A stretch of DNA of 64,000 nucleotides from Octopus vulgaris (lineage: Eukaryota). Made by a program: the position numbers and the translations under genes. Where the stretch lies: positions 186,186,001 through 186,250,000 of the forward strand of contig OX597814.1 of NCBI GenBank assembly GCA_951406725.2, written 5' to 3'. Below, piece after piece: positions 1-10,628 of the stretch; positions within the stretch are counted from its first letter, which is position 1, and each line of letters begins with the position of its first letter. A model generated the notes under the pieces. That model did not search any database. It worked only from the letters and a program-made list of their open reading frames with translations, and had not been told where the DNA came from.

Positions 1-6
1 CACCGC

Positions 7-3000
7 CGAATGGCGGAAAAGATGGAAATTAAGGATTGAAGGATTAAAGGGTTAAATTTCGTAGAGAAAAGATAGGAAAAACGAAGCAGTTATTGTACGA
101 GTACAGACGTTTAACAATAGTAACGAATGAGGTACGAAAGATAATGGGATAAAATGTTTTTGCAACTTGCTGCGAATATGAAAGCCGGAAGCCGCTGTTG
201 GAGAAGAAAGGAAGTCTAAAAATTGGGAACCGTAAATCGTAATGGCGACTAAGAAGAAGAAGAAGAAGAAGAAGACGAATGGCGGAAAAGATGGAAATTA
301 AGGATTGAAGGATTAAAGGGTTAAATTTCGTAGAGAAAAGATAGGAAAAACGAAGCAGTTATTGTACGAGTACAGACGTTTAACAATAGTAACGAATGAG
401 GTACGAAAGATAATGGGATAAAATGTTTTTGCAACTTGCTGCGAATATGAAAGCCGGAAGCCGCTGTTGAAGAAAGGAAGTCTAAAAATTGGGAACCGTA
501 AATCGTAATGGCGACTAAGAAGAAGAAGAAAAGAAGAAGACGAATGGCGGAAAAAGATGGAAATTAAGGATTGAAGGATTAAAGGGTTAAATTTCGTAGA
601 GAAAGATAGAGAGAAAAAGAAGCAGTTATTGTACGAGTACAGACGTTTAACAATAGTAACGAATGAGGTACGAAAGATAATGGGATAAAATGTTTTTGCA
701 ACTTGCTGCGAATATGAAAAGCCGGAAGCCGCTGTTGGAGAAGAAAGGAAGTCTAAAAATTGGGAACCGTAAATCGTAATGGCGACTAAGAAGAAGAAGA
801 AAAGAAGAAGACGAATGGCGGAAAAAGATGGAAATTAAGGATTGAAGGATTAAAGGGTTAAATTTCGTAGAGAAAAGATAGGAAAAACGAAGCAGTTATT
901 GTACGAGTACAGACGTTTAACAATAGTAACGAATGAGGTACGAAAGATAATGGGATAAAATGTTTTTGCAACTTGCTGCGAATATGAAAGCCGGAAGCCG
1001 CTGTTGGAGAAGAAAGGAAGTCTAAAAATTGGGAACCGTAAATCGTAATGGCGACTAAGAAGAAGAAGAAGAAGAAGAAGACGAATGGCGGAAAAGATGG
1101 AAATTAAGGATTGAAGGATTAAAGGGTTAAATTTCGTAGAGAAAAGATAGGAAAAACGAAGCAGTTATTGTACGAGTACAGACGTTTAACAATAGTAACG
1201 AATGAGGTACGAAAGATAATGGGATAAAATGTTTTTGCAACTTGCTGCGAATATGAAAGCCGGAAGCCGCTGTTGAAGAAAGGAAGTCTAAAAATTGGGA
1301 ACCGTAAATCGTAATGGCGACTAAGAAGAAGAAGAAAAGAAGAAGACGAATGGCGGAAAAGATGGAAATTAAGGATTGAAGGATTAAAGGGTTAAATTTC
1401 GTAGAGAAAAGATAGGAAAAACGAAGCAGTTATTGTACGAGTACAGACGTTTAACAATAGTAACGAATGAGGTACGAAAGATAATGGGATAAAATGTTTT
1501 TGCAACTTGCTGCGAATATGAAAGCCGGAAGCCGCTGTTGGAGAAGAAAGGAAGTCTAAAAATTGGGAACCGTAAATCGTAATGGCGACTAAGAAGAAGA
1601 AGAAGAAGAAGAAGAGCGAATGGCGGAAAAATGGAAATTAAGGATTGAAGGATTAAAGGGTTAAATTTCGTAGAGAAAAGATAGGAAAAACGAAGCAGTT
1701 ATTGTACGAGTACAGACGTTTAACAATAGTAACGAATGAGGTACGAAAGATAATGGGATAAAATGTTTTTGCAACTTGCTGCGAATATGAAAGCCGGAAG
1801 CCGCTGTTGGAGAAGAAAGGAAGTCTAAAAATTGGGAACCGTAAATCGTAATGGCGACTAAGAAGAAGAAGAAGAAGAAAGAAGAAGACGAATGGCGGAA
1901 AAGATGGAAAGGATTAAAGGATTAAAGGGTTAAATTTCGTAGAGAAAAGATAGGAAAAACGAAGCAGTTATTGTACGAGTACAGACGTTTAACAATAGTA
2001 ACGAATGAGGTACGAAAGATAATGGGATAAAATGTTTTTGCAACTTGCTGCGAATATGAAAGCCGGAAGCCGCTGTTGGAGAAGAAAGGAAGTCTAAAAA
2101 TTGGGAACCGTAAATCGTAATGGCGACTAAGAAGAAGAAAAGAAGAAGACGAATGGCGGAAAAAGATGGAAATTAAGGATTGAAGGATTAAAGGGTTAAA
2201 TTTCGTAGAGAAAAGATAGGAAAAACGAAGCAGTTATTGTACGAGTACAGACGTTTAACAATAGTAACGAATGAGGTACGAAAGATAATGGGATAAAATG
2301 TTTTTGCAACTTGCTGCGAATATGAAAGCCGGAAGCCGCTGTTGGAGAAGAAAGGAAGTCTAAAAATTGGGAACCGTAAATCGTAATGGCGACTAAGAAG
2401 AAGAAGAAGAAGAAAAGAAGAAGACGAATGGCGGAAAAGATGGAAATTAAGGATTGAAGGATTAAAGGGTTAAATTTCGTAGAGAAAAGATAGGAAAAAC
2501 GAAGCAGTTATTGTACGAGTACAGACGTTTAACAATAGTAACGAATGAGGTACGAAAGATAATGGGATAAAATGTTTTTGCAACTTGCTGCGAATATGAA
2601 AGCCGGAAGCCGCTGTTGGAGAAGAAAGGAAGTCTAAAAATTGGGAACCGTAAATCGTAATGGCGACTAAGAAGAAGAAGAAGAAGAAGAAGAAGACGAA
2701 TGGCGGAAAAGATGGAAATTAAGGATTGAAGGATTAAAGGGTTAAATTTCGTAGAGAAAAGATAGGAAAAACGAAGCAGTTATTGTACGAGTACAGACGT
2801 TTAACAATAGTAACGAATGAGGTACGAAAGATAATGGGATAAAATGTTTTTGCAACTTGCTGCGAATATGAAAGCCGGAAGCCGCTGTTGGAGAAGAAAG
2901 GAAGTCTAAAAATTGGGAACCGTAAATCGTAATGGCGACTAAGAAGAAGAAGAAAAGAAGAAGACGAATGGCGGAAAAAGATGGAAATTAAGGATTGAAG

Positions 3001-6000
3001 GATTAAAGGGTTAAATTTCGTAGAGAAAAGATAGGAAAAACGAAGCAGTTATTGTACGAGTACAGACGTTTAACAATAGTAACGAATGAGGTACGAAAGA
3101 TAATGGGATAAAATGTTTTTGCAACTTGCTGCGAATATGAAAGCCGGAAGCCGCTGTTGGAGAAGAAAGGAAGTCTAAAAATTGGGAACCGTAAATCGTA
3201 ATGGCGACTAAGAAGAAGAAGAAAAGAAGAAGACGAATGGCGGAAAAGATGGAAATTAAGGATTGAAGGATTAAAGGGTTAAATTTCGTAGAGAAAAGAT
3301 AGGAAAAACGAAGCAGTTATTGTACGAGTACAGACGTTTAACAATAGTAACGAATGAGGTACGAAAGATAATGGGATAAAATGTTTTTGCAACTTGCTGC
3401 GAATATGAAAGCCGGAAGCCGCTGTTGGAGAAGAAAGGAAGTCTAAAAATTGGGAACCGTAAATCGTAATGGCGACTAAGAAGAAGAAGAAGAAAAGAAG
3501 AAGACGAATGGCGGAAAAGATGGAAATTAAGGATTGAAGGATTAAAGGGTTAAATTTCGTAGAGAAAAGATAGGAAAAACGAAGCAGTTATTGTACGAGT
3601 ACAGACGTTTAACAATAGTAACGAATGAGGTACGAAAGATAATGGGATAAAATGTTTTTGCAACTTGCTGCGAATATGAAAGCCGGAAGCCGCTGTTGGA
3701 GAAGAAAGGAAGTCTAAAAATTGGGAACCGTAAATCGTAATGGCGACTAAGAAGAAGAAGAAGAAGAAAAGAAGAAGACGAATGGCGGAAAAGATGGAAA
3801 TTAAGGATTGAAGGATTAAAGGGTTAAATTTCGTAGAGAAAAGATAGGAAAAACGAAGCAGTTATTGTACGAGTACAGACGTTTAACAATAGTAACGAAT
3901 GAGGTACGAAAGATAATGGGATAAAATGTTTTTGCAACTTGCTGCGAATATGAAAGCCGGAAGCCGCTGTTGGAGAAGAAAGGAAGTCTAAAAATTGGGA
4001 ACCGTAAATCGTAATGGCGACTAAGAAGAAGAAGAAGAAGAAAAGAAGAAGACGAATGGCGGAAAAGATGGAAATTAAGGATTGAAGGATTAAAGGGTTA
4101 AATTTCGTAGAGAAAAGATAGGAAAAACGAAGCAGTTATTGTACGAGTACAGACGTTTAACAATAGTAACGAATGAGGTACGAAAGATAATGGGATAAAA
4201 TGTTTTTGCAACTTGCTGCGAATATGAAAGCCGGAAGCCGCTGTTGGAGAAGAAAGGAAGTCTAAAAATTGGGAACCGTAAATCGTAATGGCGACTAAGA
4301 AGAAGAAGAAGAAGAAAGAAGACGAATGGCGGAAAAGATGGAAATTAAGGATTGAAGGATTAAAGGGTTAAATTTCGTAGAGAAAAGATAGGAAAAACGA
4401 AGCAGTTATTGTACGAGTACAGACGTTTAACAATAGTAACGAATGAGGTACGAAAGATAATGGGATAAAATGTTTTTGCAACTTGCTGCGAATATGAAAG
4501 CCGGAAGCCGCTGTTGGAGAAGAAAGGAAGTCTAAAAATTGGGAACCGTAAATCGTAATGGCGACTAAGAAGAAGAAGAAAAGAAGAAGACGAATGGCGG
4601 AAAAAGATGGAAATTAAGGATTGAAGGATTAAAGGGTTAAATTTCGTAGAGAAAAGATAGGAAAAACGAAGCAGTTATTGTACGAGTACAGACGTTTAAC
4701 AATAGTAACGAATGAGGTACGAAAGATAATGGGATAAAATGTTTTTGCAACTTGCTGCGAATATGAAAGCCGGAAGCCGCTGTTGGAGAAGAAAGGAAGT
4801 CTAAAAATTGGGAACCGTAAATCGTAATGGCGACTAAGAAGAAGAAGAAGAAGAAAAGAAGAAGACGAATGGCGGAAAAGATGGAAATTAAGGATTGAAG
4901 GATTAAAGGGTTAAATTTCGTAGAGAAAAGATAGGAAAAACGAAGCAGTTATTGTACGAGTACAGACGTTTAACAATAGTAACGAATGAGGTACGAAAGA
5001 TAATGGGATAAAATGTTTTTGCAACTTGCTGCGAATATGAAAGCCGGAAGCCGCTGTTGGAGAAGAAAGGAAGTCTAAAAATTGGGAACCGTAAATCGTA
5101 ATGGCGACTAAGAAGAAGAAGAAGAAGAAAAGAAGACGAATGGCGGAAAAGATGGAAATTAAGGATTGAAGGATTAAAGGGTTAAATTTCGTAGAGAAAA
5201 GATAGGAAAAACGAAGCAGTTATTGTACGAGTACAGACGTTTAACAATAGTAACGAATGAGGTACGAAAGATAATGGGATAAAATGTTTTTGCAACTTGC
5301 TGCGAATATGAAAGCCGGAAGCCGCTGTTGGAGAAGAAAGGAAGTCTAAAAATTGGGAACCGTAAATCGTAATGGTGACTAAGAAGAAGAAGAAGAAAAG
5401 AAGAAGACGAATGGCGGAAAAGATGGAAATTAAGGATTGAAGGATTAAAGGGTTAAATTTCGTAGAGAAAAGATAGGAAAAACGAAGCAGTTATTGTACG
5501 AGTACAGACGTTTAACAATAGTAACGAATGAGGTACGAAAGATAATGGGATAAAATGTTTTTGCAACTTGCTGCGAATATGAAAGCCGGAAGCCGCTGTT
5601 GGAGAAGAAAGGAAGTCTAAAAATTGGGAACCGTAAATCGTAATGGCGACTAAGAAGAAAAGAAGAAGACGAATGGCGGAAAAAGATGGAAATTAAGGAT
5701 TGAAGGTTTAAAGGGTTAAATTTCGTAGAGAAAAGATAGGAAAAACGAAGCAGTTATTGTACGAGTACAGACGTTTAACAATAGTAACGAATGAGGTACG
5801 AAAGATAATGGGATAAAATGTTTTTGCAACTTGCTGCGAATATGAAAGCCGGAAGCCGCTGTTGGAGAAGAAAGGAAGTCTAAAAATTGGGAACCGTAAA
5901 TCGTAATGGCGACTAAGAAGAAGAAGAAGAAGAAAAGAAGAAGACGAATGGCGGAAAAGATGGAAATTAAGGATTGAAGGTTTAAAGGGTTAAATTTCGT

Positions 6001-6273
6001 AGAGAAAAGATAGGAAAAACGAAGCAGTTATTGTACGAGTACAGACGTTTAACAATAGTAACGAATGAGGTACGAAAGATAATGGGATAAAATGTTTTTG
6101 CAACTTGCTGCGAATATGAAAGCCGGAAGCCGCTGTTGGAGAAGAAAGGAAGTCTAAAAATTGGGAACCGTAAATCGTAATGGCGACTAAGAAGAAGAAG
6201 AAGAAGAAAAGAAGAAGACGAATGGCGGAAAAGATGGAAATTAAGGATTGAAGGATTAAAGGGTTAAATTTCG
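7..6273. repeat. Tandem satellite array, ~270-bp unit, 23 full units plus a partial unit
   Basis: Motif GAATGGCGGAAAAGATGG recurs at ~8, 277, 542, 813 ... 5946, 6220. Units are near-identical; length varies mostly in an internal (AAG)n tract. The array stops abruptly at ...GGGTTAAATTTCG (6273). Confidence 0.98.
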
Positions 6274-6490
6274 AATCATGATAAGGTGAACAGATTTTTC
6301 ACATCCATAATTTTATTCAACAGTTATTTACAGTATGTTTGTGGGACCTATATGTGTTTCAACTGCTGTGGCTGGACACTTGGATATGCAACCTAGCATT
6401 ATTAGGACCATTGTGGTTAGCCAGCATCTGAAACCAACTTGAGAAGAAATGGTTACCACCAAGATAATACCACTCTTTAAACTCATTTTG

Positions 6491-6533
<43 letters not shown>

Positions 6534-6892
6534 CATACAGACACACACACACACACATACACACACACAGATACATATACATATAAACACACACAATATA
6601 TATATCATTTAATGTACACAGTATTAAGATATGAGCTACTAATAGTTTCTTGTTTTGGAAATGCAGATCTAGGCAGCTTTTTATAACATGCCTTGTGTCT
6701 CCAAGACTGCTTGGAGACAAAAGATGTATTATCAGACAATTGCCTAAACATGTGCCCTCCAAAGCAAGAAATTATAAGCAACTCATATCTTTATACTGTG
6801 TACATTAAATGATATTTATCTCTCACTGGATGGAATACTTTTTTGTTAATCTTAACTTATGCATCAGTAAACTATATATATATATATATTTG

Positions 6893-7204
6893 CTTTTACT
6901 TTTTTCAGTCAATTGACTGCAGCCATGCTGGGGCACCGCCTTTAGTCGAGCAAATTGACCCCAGGACTTATTCTTTGTAAGCCTAGTACTTATTCTATCG
7001 GTCTCATTTGCCAAATCACTGAGTTACAGGGACATAAACACACCACCATCAGTTGTCAAGTGATGGTGAGGGGACAAGCAGAGACACACATACATATATA
7101 AGTATACATATGACAGGCTTCTTTCAGTTTCCATCTAGAAGATGCTTGCCCAAGGAGCCACACAGTGGTACTGAACCTGGGACAACGTGGTTGGAAAGCA
7201 AGCT
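6893..7204 (-). mobile_element. tRNA-derived SINE family A (CORE-like, octopus OR-type), 5' truncated
   Basis: Reverse complement of the family body and tail (CCTTGGGCAAG, CCAGCATGGCTGCAGTC...GACTGAAA) seen in full copies at 17851 and 34669. Confidence 0.85.
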
Positions 7205-7504
7205 GTTATTAAGGTGGGCATTCACAATTTAGAACTGATAGGCAACAAGTACAGTTGCCACTAAAGTGACAGAGGATGCTCGTAAGCACCAGCATTGCTA
7301 GAAATAACAGTCAAAACATCTCTTAGCCACGTGAGAGCATTTCTTTAACAGCTGACAAGGGAGATAGGTTCCCTCTTTACGACAAGCATATATGGGATGA
7401 AGTACTGACAGATGACCTCAGGACTCTGAACCTTTTGGAGGAGATTTTTAACTTTTTTTTTAAAAAAAAGCTATAAAATCTTTTATCAGGATGTTACTAA
7501 CCTT

Positions 7505-7679
7505 CTATATTTAAGAGATGAGGAATTATGTACATTATTTACATTATTTACAATTGACAGATATTTGTCCTCATCTTGTTTGTTGTTAACACGTTTCAGC
7601 TGATATACCCACCAGCCTTCATCAGGTGTCTTGGGGAAATTTTGAACCTGGGTTCTCATTTCTAAGTTATTTTTCAATG

Positions 7680-7710
<31 letters not shown>

Positions 7711-7721
7711 GCCATATGCCC
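7505..7721 (-). mobile_element. Inverted (left) arm of hammerhead-bearing tRNA-headed element; tRNA head mostly deleted
   Basis: Reverse complement of ~7800-8002, plus an extra 3' end (ACATAATTCCTCATCTCTTAAATATAG) and the first 11 nt of the head (GGGCATATGGC). Confidence 0.85.
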
Positions 7722-7723
7722 AC

Positions 7724-7817
7724 GGGCATATGGTGTAGTGGTTAAGAGCGCGAGCTACTCACCATAAGATTCCAAGTTTGATTCCAGGCAGTGACCTGAA
7801 TAATAATAATAATAATG

Positions 7818-7848
<31 letters not shown>

Positions 7849-8002
7849 CAACATCGAAAAATACCTTAGAAATGAAGACCCAGGTTCGAAATTTCCCCAA
7901 GACACCTGATGAAGGTTGGAGGGTATATCAACCGAAACGTTGTGTTAACAACAAACAAGATGAGGACAAATATCTGTCAATTGTAAATAATGTAAATAAT
8001 GT
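7724..8002 (+). mobile_element. tRNA-headed short retroelement with (TAA)n linker and hammerhead motif (right arm of foldback)
   Basis: A-box-like TGGTGTAGTGG (7731-7741), B-box-like GTTTGATTCC (7776-7785), (TAA)n, then CTGATGA...GAAAC. The whole foldback is flanked by ATGTTACTAACCTT at 7491-7504 and 7999-8012. Confidence 0.8.
7901..7946 (+). ncRNA. Minimal type I hammerhead ribozyme motif (Penelope-type)
   Basis: Stem I GACAC/GUGUU, core CUGAUGA (7906-7912), stem II GGUUG/CAACC, GAAAC (7934-7938), GUU cleavage triplet (7939-7941). Stem III is the loop-less palindrome ACGU. Confidence 0.75.
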
Positions 8003-8315
8003 TACTAACCTTTATTGGAAGAAGTTTTTGTCCTAGTCTATATGATGTGTATATATCATGCACATCATCAAGATTGGTGTATAACATTATGAAGAACACC
8101 ACTTAGAAATGTAGAAGATAAATAGCTACAGTGAATAGTCTTCCAACTAGCACCTTCAAAATGTGCAGTTCCATCAACATTGGACACTTGCTGTGATCTG
8201 TAGCCCTCCTTGTCAATCATTTTTTCAGCTGCTCAGGTTAATTCATAGCAGCCTCTGTATCAGCACTCTGGCAGCATCAACAGTCATTTATAGGTTATGT
8301 AAATTAAAGTGCTTC

Positions 8316-8531
8316 TTAAACCTTTAGCATTTAAATCAGTTATATCTGGCTCAAATATTCTAATTGTTTTAATTTCAGATCTGCCAGATCTGGCCTCTCC
8401 CACCTACTATGCAATGTCATGCTAAAAATAAATAATAGCATCATTGAAATCTCAAAGATATAAATTAATGCATGAGTCAGGGAAAACAATGTGATTGATA
8501 AGAATTACATTTGATAGAGTTAAAGAGTTAA
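8316..8531. mobile_element. piggyBac-like MITE, diverged; same family as 53488-54182, opposite orientation
   Basis: Ends TTAAACCTTTAGCATT ... TAAAGAGTTAA; the internal sequence is the reverse complement of the 53.5-54.2 kb MITE. Confidence 0.6.
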
Positions 8532-8821
8532 ACCTTCCAAACTAGCCTTTCTTAATCAAAAGAGTTTTTTTGCTTGAAGTTTCACTTACATTTTCCTGCA
8601 AATTATCATACAAACTTTGGGTTTTGTTTTTAATCCCTATCATGCTTATTGACAGTACTTTGAGCTTCATTCTTGATCTATACATTCAACAGTGATCCCA
8701 ATTTAAGTATCATATTAGATCTATGAACAAGGTCCAAGCACTTAATGGAGTAACTTCTTGAGTAATTGGCTTCCTTATTATTGTCATATATTGTTCCTAC
8801 TGAAGACTTTGCAAGCCTTAA

Positions 8822-9043
8822 CCCTTTCTTTACCAATCTGGCTGAAACCAGCTCTGGCTATGTAGTATAAATATCTTGTTTTCATAAGTTTTGAATTAAA
8901 ATCTTCCACCAAACCTTAGTCACAATTTATGTTTCTAACACTAGCTGAATGATAACTAAGTTATTTTACTAAATTCTTTGCTATCTTCAAAATTAGCTGA
9001 AAGAAATACAGAGCATCTCAAAATAAATACAGTAACAAAAGGG
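8822..9043. mobile_element. piggyBac-like MITE
   Basis: TTAA on both sides (8818-8821, 9044-9047); TIRs CCCTTTCTTTAC / GTAACAAAAGGG match 10/12. Confidence 0.8.
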
Positions 9044-9435
9044 TTAATGTTTTGGTAATGTGTCTGAATTTTTCCCCCACATCAAGTTTAATATCCAGTG
9101 TAATCCTTTTAAGGTTCCTTTTCTCACCACTGTGTTCAGTACCATTCGATGGTTTCTTTCCAGACATCTTCAGTTATAAGTAAAGCCTACAGCAGCTCCA
9201 TCAACAATTATTCACAACAAATAAGTAAAAAAAAAATAGTAGAAAACACCTGAAGGAAACTAAATAGTTTGTGAGAGCAAAAATTTGTAGTTTTATTCCT
9301 ATGGATGGAAAAATGGAAATGAGAAGATGAAGAGGGAAGGAGTCAGATAGAAGGAAGTACTGTATGGTTAGTGTTAGTAGAAGGGCTACCAGGCTCAAGG
9401 GCATTCTGGAAAATTATTCTCCTTTCCTGTGTACT

Positions 9436-9822
9436 TGTACTTACTTGTGGCGACATTCACCCTGGGCGGGTTGAGTCAGCTTCTTCTACCACCCTCGAGG
9501 CATCTCGAACCATAGCAGTGGAAGAAGTTTCATGGGAATATAAATTTCACAAGTGGTCCCCAACAATCCCGCATGTAGAGACATCCAGTTTGCCACAGAT
9601 TGTCTGCAGATGCAGGGACAGAACGACTGAGGAACCGCCGGTTGCCGAAGCAGACACTCCAAGGATTTTCACCAGAGCCCCGTCTACCGGGTTGTGGCCC
9701 TAATACCACTCGGTGTCAAACCAATCTGCCTTGGGTGGCCCCACCAGGAACCGAAGTTCCCGACGGCATAGCTCTGACGCTACCCGTTGCTAGCATCCCC
9801 ACCATGGTGAGGAGGGGATGGA
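9436..9822 (-). mobile_element. Short non-autonomous RTE/BovB-related element (5' UTR-like part plus (AAGT)n-type tail)
   Basis: Minus strand begins CCCCTCCTCACCATGGTGGGG...GAGCTATGCCG...GGGGCCACCCAAGG, resembling RTE/BovB 5' UTRs, and ends ACAAGTAAGTACA. Imperfect TSD CTGTG(T/C)ACT at 9427 and 9823. Confidence 0.6.
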
Positions 9823-9837
9823 CTGTGCACTAAAGAT

Positions 9838-10105
9838 GGGCTTTTTGTTTTCAAAGCAGCTTTAAAACAGTTGAGTTGCTGACAATACACATCAGAGTTG
9901 ACTGTTAGAATATTCACTAACAGTTCTTAATCAAAGACTCCCTGGACTTCGCACCATACATTCAACATGGTCTTTTGGAGACGAAGGCTTCCACTTGGCT
10001 ACTAAACCAATTCGTACCCACGATTGATACACGTAACAATAACATTTAATGTTTTTAGTAAAATATCCATACTTCATCTCTAGTAACAACTCTGTTTTAA
10101 AATGG
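9838..10105 (-). pseudogene. Mariner transposase catalytic-domain fragment, decayed
   Basis: Translates with stops and frameshifts as PF*NRVVTRDEVWIFY ... KTMLNVWCEVQGV..ELL...TVNSDVYCQQLNCFKAALK, matching mariner IVTGDEKW / MLCVWW / INSDVYCQQL motifs. Confidence 0.75.
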
Positions 10106-10359
10106 AACAAGAAGCTGGGAAGTGGTTCTCACCCAGCACAAAGCCACTCACCCGTATTCCACTCCCTCTCCCAGTTGAGAGTTCTTTGTCTTGCAAGTTA
10201 CTTGGTAACACCACTGGTGCCAGTGCTATGTAAAAAGCACCAGTGCTAGTGCTCACACACACACACACAGACTTGTGTGCACACAGATACCCACACATAC
10301 ACACACATACCTCCTTCTCTTACACTCTCCTCTCTTAGAAAGAACTTTTTCGTCATCCA

Positions 10360-10464
10360 TATATATATATATGTAAGTATACATATATGTATATACACAT
10401 ATATGTATATACACATATATGTGTATATATATATGTATACATATATGTATGTATACATATATGT

Positions 10465-10508
<44 letters not shown>

Positions 10509-10549
10509 TATGTATGTATGTATACATATACATACATATGTATGTATAC

Positions 10550-10591
<42 letters not shown>

Positions 10592-10628
10592 ATGTATGTA
10601 TACATATACATATATATATATATATATA
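10360..10628. repeat. (TA)n/(TATG)n/(CA)n compound microsatellite
   Basis: Direct reading; source of several spurious IYIY ORFs. Confidence 0.95.

Noticed and set aside
44-55. TTAAAGGGTTAA as a telomeric repeat
   Set aside because: Single non-canonical occurrence per unit; not a (TTAGGG)n tract.
124-145. CGAATGAGGTACGAAAG in the satellite unit as a hammerhead core
   Set aside because: Two mismatches to CUGANGA and no credible stems I or III.
7-6273. Satellite as a CRISPR array or coding repeat
   Set aside because: No unique spacers and no cas genes; only tiny ORFs (MAEKMEIKD*, MATKKK...) are present.
6280-6810. Possible pogo/Tigger N-terminal remnant (AVAGHLDMQPSIIRTIV)
   Set aside because: Similarity is too short and too decayed to call without a search.
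7486-8036. Mirror-image ORFs 7486-7683 (-) and 7815-8036 (+) as duplicated genes
   Set aside because: They arise from the inverted arms of the repeat and its TAA linker; no recognisable protein.
9371-9833. ORFs 9371-9703 and 9600-9833 as a secreted protein gene
   Set aside because: They overlap the antisense strand of an RTE-like element and lack supporting splice structure.
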